Source: a virus (lineage: Duplodnaviria > Caudoviricetes). From it: a stretch of 64,000 bases of DNA. Below the pieces are notes generated by a model that had not been told where the DNA came from, searched no databases, and saw nothing but the letters and a program-made list of their open reading frames with translations. A program made the position numbers and the translations under genes. This document shows, one piece after another, positions 56,286 through 64,000 of this stretch. The stretch lies in IMG/VR virus record IMGVR_UViG_3300031993_000007; one strand, 5' to 3'. How positions within the stretch are numbered: position 1 is the stretch's first letter; each line of letters begins with the position of its first letter.

Positions 56286-56511
56286 AAATAGGCTCCTGGC
56301 CCATTCGAGCCAGGAGCGCACCCACCATTGAAGGAGCCATTCGGCACCTCATCAAAAAGTTTTTCATGAATTATAGTTAAAACTCGAAACTTTGAAAGCC
56401 CTTTTACACAAGCGAATTCCAAAAAATAAAATCAAGCCAGAATCAAAGATATGAAAGATCTTCTTAGCTTGTAAGCATTTAATAAATAATGCTCGCAACC
56501 AAGGAGATTCT

Positions 56512-57501
56512 ATGAGCGACGTTTTTTATGCAGCAATAATGCACGGAAAGGAACCGGGTAGGTTTCTTCCAGGAAAAGGAAAGAGATTTAAAGGCGGCAC
56601 CCGTACGGATCCGCAGATCAATTTCAGTATTAACAAGAACAGAAACAGAGACATTTTTGGTGTACATGATACGGATATCATCCTTGATGATCCGTTTATG
56701 TTGAAGTTATTTAATAGCAAGACATTCTCGGTCGCCGATCGAGAATTGATGTTCGAATTTGAGAAGAATGACGACGGAAAGTTTGTAGCTACCGGACTTC
56801 CATTTTCTGAAAGTGCTGGAGCTTGGATAGATGACATTTGTTATCTTCATGCGTTTGACGATTTCTCTCCAGCAGAGATGCTTGTTTTAGATTTTAGAAG
56901 CTCTGTTGGAGCGTATCGAAAAGAGACGTTGGAGGGATTCAATTTCAAAATTGGATTTCACTCCTATTATTCTGATCAAACGCAACCAGCCCATTTTAAG
57001 GGAACAGAAGAATTATCTCTTGAAGATCGAACAAAGTGGTCCGAAAAGTCCTTCTTTGATTTCTGGCAATCTGCTATGGCTCCAGAAGTTTGGAAGGGAA
57101 TTTCTACCAAAGATTTGTACATATACAGCGCTACAAAGCCTGAATTAAGCTTGTACCACATGGCCATGAAGGCTAACCCGGTAATCTCTCCGAAATGGGA
57201 AGATGAAATGCTTAAGACATCTTTTCATAATATGGTACATTGGTACAAGATGAGCGTCGAATACCATCCTGCAAGGGTTCCAATCCTTGACAAGCTTATT
57301 GGAGAAATCAGAACTGCTAACACAAGATTTTCCAAGTTCGTTAATAACAACATCATCGACATTATGAACCTCTGGAACAAGCTTGATCATAGCCAGAATA
57401 ATGATGGAAAGATTGGTTCTTCGCCATATACATGGTTCGGAAGCTATTGTTATTATAATGAGCCATTTATTGAAACATTGATCAAAAGCTTTATGCAGTA
57501 G
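56512..57501 (+). CDS. Hypothetical protein (paralog of 57507-58445)
   Basis: AAGGAG RBS; shared motif blocks. Confidence 0.8.
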   Translation: MSDVFYAAIMHGKEPGRFLPGKGKRFKGGTRTDPQINFSINKNRNRDIFGVHDTDIILDDPFMLKLFNSKTFSVADRELMFEFEKNDDGKFVATGLPFSESAGAWIDDICYLHAFDDFSPAEMLVLDFRSSVGAYRKETLEGFNFKIGFHSYYSDQTQPAHFKGTEELSLEDRTKWSEKSFFDFWQSAMAPEVWKGISTKDLYIYSATKPELSLYHMAMKANPVISPKWEDEMLKTSFHNMVHWYKMSVEYHPARVPILDKLIGEIRTANTRFSKFVNNNIIDIMNLWNKLDHSQNNDGKIGSSPYTWFGSYCYYNEPFIETLIKSFMQ

Positions 57502-57506
57502 GAGCA

Positions 57507-58445
57507 ATGATGGATATTCCTGAATATTACTTCTGCGGTATCAAGAGAGGTATAAGATATCCGTTTATCCCCGGTAATAATTATGGAAACCGTTTTACTG
57601 GGGAAAAGAAGGACGGTTCTTCTACCTTACGAATGAGTCCTAAACTTCGAGAAAATCCAAAAGATTCTACTATTGACGTATTTCCAAATCAGATTGTCGT
57701 AGAAGACAATCTGATTTCTAAGTTGTTTGACATTAGCCGGGATGACTGCGACAAGGCTATTGGAGTCTTCTTGGAATTCTCTAAAGAAGGAGAGACCTTT
57801 AGAGCCGTTGGAATGCCAATAGTAGAAGCTGGGAATTCTTATCTGAGCATAGCTGAATTTCTCTGGCCTATGTTCGGCGTAGATTTTGAGTTTGCTTTGG
57901 CATGTATGATCGGCAAAGCGAACAAATACTACAAACAGACTTTGAAAGGTAACATAATCTTCAAAGGAGACGAAATCTTCGGTGAAGAACTTCAGGAAGA
58001 AATAAAGACCATTCTAGAGCCTACAAGCATCTGGAATAGACATATCAGTGACCTCTATGTCTATAGTTCCAGACCTTCTCAAGAGATTTATAGCCTCTAT
58101 CATATTATCAAAGAAAAAGCTAAGGATCCTAATTGGGAACTCGTAAAGCAGAGAATTTGGAAGATAATCCTTGGAAAAGTATGCGAGAAATTTGTCGGTG
58201 ACTACGTCAGTATTCATCACTATCGGACTAGAGGAGCCGCATTCTTAGACAGATTCAACAAGAATATTTCCAGAATTCGAGACAGGTCTATCGACTTCTA
58301 TAATACGACTATGGCTAATATCGATACCATCATGGAATATGCTTGTACTGGAATGCCTTGTCCAGCGAGTTATCGTGATAAAGATAAGTGGGCAAATCCT
58401 TCCAAAGAATTCTTTAAGGATCTAAGTCGAATTCTCTTACAATAA
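57507..58445 (+). CDS. Hypothetical protein (paralog of 56512-57501)
   Basis: AGGAG RBS; shared motif blocks. Confidence 0.8.
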   Translation: MMDIPEYYFCGIKRGIRYPFIPGNNYGNRFTGEKKDGSSTLRMSPKLRENPKDSTIDVFPNQIVVEDNLISKLFDISRDDCDKAIGVFLEFSKEGETFRAVGMPIVEAGNSYLSIAEFLWPMFGVDFEFALACMIGKANKYYKQTLKGNIIFKGDEIFGEELQEEIKTILEPTSIWNRHISDLYVYSSRPSQEIYSLYHIIKEKAKDPNWELVKQRIWKIILGKVCEKFVGDYVSIHHYRTRGAAFLDRFNKNISRIRDRSIDFYNTTMANIDTIMEYACTGMPCPASYRDKDKWANPSKEFFKDLSRILLQ

Positions 58446-58485
58446 AAAAGAAAGCCTTACCTTGCGGTAGGGACTTTCTTTTTTT
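58445..58485. terminator. Bidirectional terminator
   Basis: CCTTACC-TTGC-GGTAGGG with flanking A/T tracts; core nearly identical to the one at 29052. Confidence 0.75.
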
Positions 58486-58498
58486 GGCCACTTTACTG

Positions 58499-58765
58499 CT
58501 AGTTGAAAATTCGTTCAATTTCATTGCAGTTGATGGTCAATCTTCTATAGGTTATCTGAATTCCGTTACATATCGAATGCCGCTCACTCACAAATATGAT
58601 AAAATCTCCGTGAAAGTGCATTTCTTCGACGTTCTTAATATCCAAACTTGTTCCATTTCGAAATAGAATGGTTCCTGTAAAACGGCGATATTCCCCGAAA
58701 ATCTTGTAAGATTTGTCACGGAAGTGGAAAATGATATCGTACAGACACTTAAGAAGCTTTTTCAT
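58499..58765 (-). CDS. Small hypothetical protein
   Basis: Start MKKLL after a GGAGG RBS. Confidence 0.55.
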   Translation of the reverse strand: MKKLLKCLYDIIFHFRDKSYKIFGEYRRFTGTILFRNGTSLDIKNVEEMHFHGDFIIFVSERHSICNGIQITYRRLTINCNEIERIFN

Positions 58766-58915
58766 AATGTACCTCCAAGTACTATGAACAGATGCGACAC
58801 TGCACCTGAGACGAATCTTTTTTTCTAGTTCGTCCATAGTTTAATACAGGGGATATAGACAAAATTTTACGGATCTTAGAAAAAATAAAGGGTGGCAAAA
58901 GCCACCCTGAACTTA

Positions 58916-59212
58916 TCACGCTGGAGGTAAGCAGTGTGATAAGAATGTTATGAAGCAGGCAATGCCAAAGATAATAAATCCTGCCATAACGATGCCACAG
59001 GAGATAAAAGAGAGGTTGAGCTCCCGGTGCGTTTCGTTTCCATTTTCATCTAGATAAATGTCTGTACAGATGAATGGAGATAAAATCCACTTAAATGGAT
59101 TATGACCTTTCGGCTTAATGAAGACACGAATAGTTCTTTCACATCCCATTTGTCCAGTGATAAGAATCATGTTCGTATCAATTTGATGAGTTTCTTGAAA
59201 GCCGAAATTCAT
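58916..59212 (-). CDS. Small membrane protein
   Basis: Start MNFGF just after the VWA gene stop; C-terminal TM segment. Confidence 0.55.
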   Translation of the reverse strand: MNFGFQETHQIDTNMILITGQMGCERTIRVFIKPKGHNPFKWILSPFICTDIYLDENGNETHRELNLSFISCGIVMAGFIIFGIACFITFLSHCLPPA

Positions 59213-59213
59213 A

Positions 59214-61472
59214 TTACAAGTACTGCTTGACTTCGCTAAAGCCAAAGGTTACAGTCATTTCTTCACCAGCAAAGTTGGTAATCTTGTCGGTGTTATCGTC
59301 GAAGCTGTCGCAGTCATTGAACCAACGGCGTGCAACGATCATTGCAAACTTGGTTTGCGCAATCTTAATGCCCAGATCACGCTTTTCCTTTGTTTCTGCA
59401 TTGAACATTTCAACGATTTTTTTAGACTTTTCATCTTCGGTCTTGCACTTCGCCAAAGTCTTGTCAATATCTTCAATGACCTTGCGGAGAAGAGTCAGAG
59501 AGGGAGTAGCCTTGTTCTTCAGATCCATAGCGTCTTCAACCTTCGGAATCTTAGAGAACTTCGCAAAGGCAGAATCGAAATTGAGCGAGAGATAGAAGTC
59601 GTCTTCGTTCTTCTCAACCTGAGTCGGCGGATTAAAGCCTTCAGAGGTAATCCCAAGAGAAGCGAGCCACTGAGTTTCTTCGTTGTCGGGCCACTTATTC
59701 TTATTGGTATACTTCGTGTCGAGACCCTTCTTAAGCCATCCGAGGTATTTGAGACGGAACTTGAGTTCAAGAAGATCGTATTCCATCTTCGTCATTGTGG
59801 CCTTCTTAACGCCACGAGCACGGTTGATATTGACGACTGGAAGTTTGCTGATGTCAACATCAACACGGATAAGACCATTAGCGGTCTGCTTTTGTTCACC
59901 AAGAATCACAGCCTTGTGGCGGCTGATTTCCTTAACAGTTTCCGGCGTGAGTTCCAACGGAAGCAAAGAAGTATTGACAAGCCCATCCTTCACAATGTTG
60001 TAATTGCGGTAGACAGTGCTGTTCATCTTGTCCTTGTTGAACTTGTTCTTCGGAAGAGTAAGTTCCACGTCGATCTTGATGCGTGCATTCAAGTTAGCAC
60101 GGGTTTCGTTCCAGACGAAATTGTCAACCGGATAACCCTTATTGATAAATTCCATCTTGACATTGGTTTCTTCCTTCTTGTCGAGCACTTCCTTGAGTTC
60201 GGAAGCGGTCTTAGCCTTAGCCAACTTTTCCTGATCTTCGGCAGAAAGGGCTTCAGACTTTGCTACGGCCTTGGAACCAATGCGCTTGTAGGAGAATGCC
60301 GGGTCAGTAACCCAGATGAGGTTGCCATCAACCTTCTGAATGTCGTTGAAGAAGTCAACGATGCAGTAGTTAGCCGGAGACGGCTTGTACTTCGGATCGA
60401 TTTCACCACGGAGAGATTCATCAAACACAGCATTCAGCAATTCGCCTTGGAAGGCAAAGAGCTTCTGCTTGCCAAAGCTGTTGGCATACATTTCGATGAA
60501 CTTCTTGTCGCCGATCGTAGCAAGAACCTTTTCAGTCCAGTCGTACTTCAGCATGTCAGCCAAGATGTAAGCTGCGGCATAGAGATAGGACTTGTCGTCA
60601 TTCTTCTTCGCCTTAGCCTTTTCGTCGCTGATATCATCGTTGGTGAAGGAATAGAATTCCATTACGCCTTCAGGAAGCATGATCTTTCCGTTGTTGGCGA
60701 ACGCCACGTTGATAAGCTTGGTAGCCGGATTGATAAAGAACACCTTCGGCACAGACGGGCTGATGTTGTCAGTCACACTCTTCGGAATACTTACTTCGAT
60801 GACGTTCACGGAGCTGCCAGCGCCAGTAATGGCGGCGTTGAACTTGGGCTCGTAAGATTCAAAATCTTCAGCAGTCACCTTGGCACCGCCGAGTTCTGAA
60901 GCCATCTTGGACAGAGCGTCGGAGTCTGCGTAGTAGCCGTATTCAATAATCGTGGCACCCTTGACGCCACTCTTGATTTCACCAAGAGCATCAATAACTT
61001 CCGGGAACGGGCCTTCGTTATGGCCACCGTCACTCAGGAAGATCCAGTTAAGGCCATTCTTGGCTTTTTCAATGAGCTTCTTTGTTTCCTTGATAGGATT
61101 GACGAAGTCCGTACAACCTCCAGGTTGGAGGAAGCGATCAATAGCAGCATGAAGTTGTTGAAGCTGTTCCGGAGTGGAACACTTTACGAACTCCTTCAGC
61201 ACAAAGCAGCGATTGCTTCCTGCAAATGCAATGATTGTAATTGTATCTTCATCCTTCACAAGGTCGGACAAACGGTTCTTCAGCTGACGCCGCATGAGGG
61301 GCAATTCGTCCCACATAGAGCCACTGATGTCACAGCAAAAGACGTGATCGACCGGAGTCTTTACGGCTTTGACTTTCTTTGCTTTGGATTCTTTGATAGT
61401 CACTTCATGAGCATTTACGAAGAAGTGCTGAGTGACCTTGCAACTTCTCGTAGATAACGTTGTCTTATTCAT
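59214..61472 (-). CDS. VWA-domain protein (752 aa)
   Basis: MIDAS DISGSM, GCT and FLSDG; early-type promoter; strong codon bias. Confidence 0.8.
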   Translation of the reverse strand: MNKTTLSTRSCKVTQHFFVNAHEVTIKESKAKKVKAVKTPVDHVFCCDISGSMWDELPLMRRQLKNRLSDLVKDEDTITIIAFAGSNRCFVLKEFVKCSTPEQLQQLHAAIDRFLQPGGCTDFVNPIKETKKLIEKAKNGLNWIFLSDGGHNEGPFPEVIDALGEIKSGVKGATIIEYGYYADSDALSKMASELGGAKVTAEDFESYEPKFNAAITGAGSSVNVIEVSIPKSVTDNISPSVPKVFFINPATKLINVAFANNGKIMLPEGVMEFYSFTNDDISDEKAKAKKNDDKSYLYAAAYILADMLKYDWTEKVLATIGDKKFIEMYANSFGKQKLFAFQGELLNAVFDESLRGEIDPKYKPSPANYCIVDFFNDIQKVDGNLIWVTDPAFSYKRIGSKAVAKSEALSAEDQEKLAKAKTASELKEVLDKKEETNVKMEFINKGYPVDNFVWNETRANLNARIKIDVELTLPKNKFNKDKMNSTVYRNYNIVKDGLVNTSLLPLELTPETVKEISRHKAVILGEQKQTANGLIRVDVDISKLPVVNINRARGVKKATMTKMEYDLLELKFRLKYLGWLKKGLDTKYTNKNKWPDNEETQWLASLGITSEGFNPPTQVEKNEDDFYLSLNFDSAFAKFSKIPKVEDAMDLKNKATPSLTLLRKVIEDIDKTLAKCKTEDEKSKKIVEMFNAETKEKRDLGIKIAQTKFAMIVARRWFNDCDSFDDNTDKITNFAGEEMTVTFGFSEVKQYL

Positions 61473-61565
61473 TTTTTTTGTTTACCTTTGTAATTGCTCT
61501 GAGGCATTTCAGAGCAAATGATAATATAGAAACAAAAAATAAAAGGCTGCAAGCGCAGCCTTAAT

Positions 61566-62348
61566 TCATAAGTCACCTCGATCCCAGTTCCTCTTATACA
61601 GCCATTTGTTTTCCATTGCCACGAACACAATGGCAATAGCCAACACAACGAATATAAAGACTCCCCAGAACCAGTAATGAGCGTGTAATATCACTAAACG
61701 TTGCATAGCTCCTTCGCATGATTCTCCATTCATAAACTCTGAGTGATCCTTAAGAGACTGAGAACGGTCTGCGATGGCATAGAATGCACCAGTAAATTGT
61801 GTTGGACGAGCAAAGAAGACGTAACGTTTCCTACTTTCAAACTGCCACGTCTTAACATGATCTTCTCCCGGAAGCCGAGGAAAGGATTGATACAGAAACC
61901 ACTGTCCTAAGAATTCTACTTTGGCCACAGATTTCCCTTCACTATGAATGGCATCCCATGTCCAGTAATACTTCGTATGACAATGACGATTCTTACCATC
62001 TCCGCTACAAACTCTCTTGGAGTGCATACGATACTCTTCATACACACGGGTGATAGTCATGTAGGTTCTTCCATCCAAGCCTTCATAAGTCACTGGGTCG
62101 ATAGCCTTCACAGTTCCGTGCACAATCATATGACCAGCATTGGTCTCAAGTGCATATTTAAACTGCGCAGGATCGTTAGTGATTTTTATGGCTTGGTAAT
62201 ACTTGGCATTATGGTCTGCCTGATACTTTTGAATATAGTCAGACACATAAAAGCCGAGCAATGCCATGAGACAAAGGAAGATTATAGTTACAAACATTTC
62301 TCGTTTAGTAACTTCAATCTCCGAGTCTGAACCTTTAAAGAAGATCAT
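61566..62348 (-). CDS. Membrane protein (2 TM), LemA operon partner
   Basis: N- and C-terminal hydrophobic helices; ATGA overlap with lemA. Confidence 0.7.
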   Translation of the reverse strand: MIFFKGSDSEIEVTKREMFVTIIFLCLMALLGFYVSDYIQKYQADHNAKYYQAIKITNDPAQFKYALETNAGHMIVHGTVKAIDPVTYEGLDGRTYMTITRVYEEYRMHSKRVCSGDGKNRHCHTKYYWTWDAIHSEGKSVAKVEFLGQWFLYQSFPRLPGEDHVKTWQFESRKRYVFFARPTQFTGAFYAIADRSQSLKDHSEFMNGESCEGAMQRLVILHAHYWFWGVFIFVVLAIAIVFVAMENKWLYKRNWDRGDL

Positions 62349-62911
62349 TCCTTGTTCCCCTTCAAGAGACCACGAGGAGCGTCAACTGGGGCATCTTTAA
62401 ACTCGAGATACTTAAAGTCTTTGACTTCGTAACCCAGAAATGAAAGTATCGGGCCAACTGGGAAACTGCGCACATAGCTTTTGTAATTTCGGGCGCTGTT
62501 GTTGTAATATTTCCTATGTTCCGAGATACGGTTTTCGGTTATTGCTAGCTCGTTCATATATCTAGCATAGTTCTTTTCGGATTTTAGCTCAGGATATCGT
62601 TCTGCAACAGCCTTGATATAAGCTGAAGCATTTACGTCGCCAGCCTCTTGTACTGTACGGGCCTTTGATAATTCAACGATCACTTTGTATTCATGTTCGT
62701 TGTAAGACAAGACGGCTTCAGCCAGATTCACCAGCAACCCAGAACGGCGGTTGTATTCTGCGTTCAGGTCGGACAGAGATGATTCCACCAATTCTTCCTT
62801 GCCGACAGCAGAGTTCTTAAAGCTCTGTAAACCGAAGATGGCTGTAATGGCTACAAAGACCATCATGATAATAACGGCTACGATGATACCTACAATGTGT
62901 TTTACTTTCAT
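62345..62911 (-). CDS. lemA: LemA family protein
   Basis: N-terminal TM, RR..L..NL, AERYPELKS, ENRI...R..YN and FP. Confidence 0.9.
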   Translation of the reverse strand: MKVKHIVGIIVAVIIMMVFVAITAIFGLQSFKNSAVGKEELVESSLSDLNAEYNRRSGLLVNLAEAVLSYNEHEYKVIVELSKARTVQEAGDVNASAYIKAVAERYPELKSEKNYARYMNELAITENRISEHRKYYNNSARNYKSYVRSFPVGPILSFLGYEVKDFKYLEFKDAPVDAPRGLLKGNKE

Positions 62912-62972
62912 TTGATTCCTCTTGGGTTGATGATTGAGATAAAGAAAAAATTGTCGTGGGACACGAAGAACG

Positions 62973-63434
62973 CTAAAGCACGAATTTAGATTTCTCCAAA
63001 ACATACTTTAGCGTTCTTACAATAGTTCCAAGGTTTAATATATTAACAAAGATGAACATTATACGAGGATAGAAAGCAATTGCTCGCTTATTATGTAAAT
63101 AGACTCTTAAGGACGTCAATATACACTTGGTGCATAGACTGTAGTCACGATGATTTCGAGTCATACGGCTTCCTATATCACGATCGTATTGTTCCATTTG
63201 TTTGATAAATGGAACAGCACATCGTATAGGATCAGTTTTGACTGCTTCTATAACTTTCTTCATAGTATTCTTGTATAGCTCATGTTCTTGCTGTTCATCT
63301 AAATGGCCTGTAATTTTGAATAGTACAATGTTACTTTCTTCTTTGCTAAGGCCAAGAATTCCTGCAAAATCTTTTGTGGATGGTGTAATACTAAAAGCGG
63401 CTTCTAAGGCCTTTTCGATATCTTCGTTGTTCAT
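62973..63434 (-). CDS. Orphan family protein
   Basis: AVKTDPIRC; N-terminus similar to 35234-35770. Confidence 0.65.
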   Translation of the reverse strand: MNNEDIEKALEAAFSITPSTKDFAGILGLSKEESNIVLFKITGHLDEQQEHELYKNTMKKVIEAVKTDPIRCAVPFIKQMEQYDRDIGSRMTRNHRDYSLCTKCILTSLRVYLHNKRAIAFYPRIMFIFVNILNLGTIVRTLKYVLEKSKFVL

Positions 63435-63790
63435 TGGATTAAAGCCTCCAGATGCGCTACGGTAGCCCTTTGACGGGCAATGATCTCATCTTGTCTGCTC
63501 CGTATTCCCATGAATTCAGTGATCGTCCTGTCAATTGCAAGATTGTACCTGTCAATCCACGGCTTAGCATATCGAACTGGATCAATCTTTATGAGATCAA
63601 AGATCTTTTGTACGATCGGGCTTTCGACACATTTTTCTTCTACTTCATATACTATAGCCTCACGAAACTTTGCAGCTTCTTCATTGGTTATACAGAAGAT
63701 TTTTACTGCGAATTGATCAAAGATTGTGACTTGATCAAAATCTATCTCGTTTTGCACGACTTCTATTATAGCTTTTTCTAATTCTGTCAT
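63431..63790 (-). CDS. Orphan family protein
   Basis: LIKIDPVRY; ends LEALIQ. Confidence 0.7.
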   Translation of the reverse strand: MTELEKAIIEVVQNEIDFDQVTIFDQFAVKIFCITNEEAAKFREAIVYEVEEKCVESPIVQKIFDLIKIDPVRYAKPWIDRYNLAIDRTITEFMGIRSRQDEIIARQRATVAHLEALIQ

Positions 63791-64000
63791 TGGATTAATC
63801 CTTCTAAAGTGGCAATAGCCTTTTGGATCTTATCAGGTAAGCTGGCTTCTATCGCTTCAAACGGTTGCATCTTTTCCTTTAGGAGCCCAACTAAGTCCGG
63901 CACATAACGAACCGGATCTAGCATCACCCTATTCGCCCATGCTCGGCATGAGATTTCCAAGTACTTCCCATCAGGTTCGATGACGCCCCTGATTACATCA
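63787..64000 (-). CDS. Orphan family protein, partial (5' end beyond the window)
   Basis: Manual translation gives ...RVMLDPVRYVP...IATLEGLIQ*. Confidence 0.7.
   Translation of the reverse strand, partial: DVIRGVIEPDGKYLEISCRAWANRVMLDPVRYVPDLVGLLKEKMQPFEAIEASLPDKIQKAIATLEGLIQ

Noticed and set aside
56290-56327. tRNA-like appearance (TTCGA loop, ends CCA)
   Set aside because: No acceptor, D or anticodon arms can be built; it is only a single hairpin.
1-64000. Stop-codon reassignment, introns or inteins in core genes
   Set aside because: Coding density is high in the standard code, TAA/TAG/TGA all end genes cleanly, and the RNAP, terminase and polymerase genes appear uninterrupted.

Overview
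This is a 64 kb segment of a jumbo myophage genome from the phiKZ-related lineage; the gene set most resembles the Bacillus AR9/PBS1 and Yersinia phiR1-37 type. All assignments come from motif recognition without database searches. The window holds three split multisubunit RNA polymerase pieces (beta' with a DFDGD motif, a beta' C-terminal fragment, and beta N-terminal). Replication and recombination genes are a family-B DNA polymerase subunit, SSB, UvsX/RecA, an ATP-dependent ligase, a Dda/RecD-like helicase and HU. Structural genes are large terminase, major capsid, a very large tail sheath, tail tube and baseplate proteins. Accessory genes include a MoxR-VWA pair, a ClpB-like AAA/M41-peptidase fusion, a second VWA protein, LemA and several paralogous orphan families. 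I found no tRNA, CRISPR array, intron or mobile element. The most notable non-coding signals are: (1) two phage promoter motifs, TATATTW (early-like) and AACW-N6-TR (late-like), which divide the genes and even the RNAP subunits into two classes; (2) three unusual terminator-capped structured RNAs at 21.1-22.5 kb that expose anti-Shine-Dalgarno and CCACAACAU sequences, one complementary to the RBS of two early genes, suggesting a phage small-RNA regulatory system; (3) a G-free tract, hairpin and AT-rich block at 54.5-54.7 kb that resembles a replication origin.
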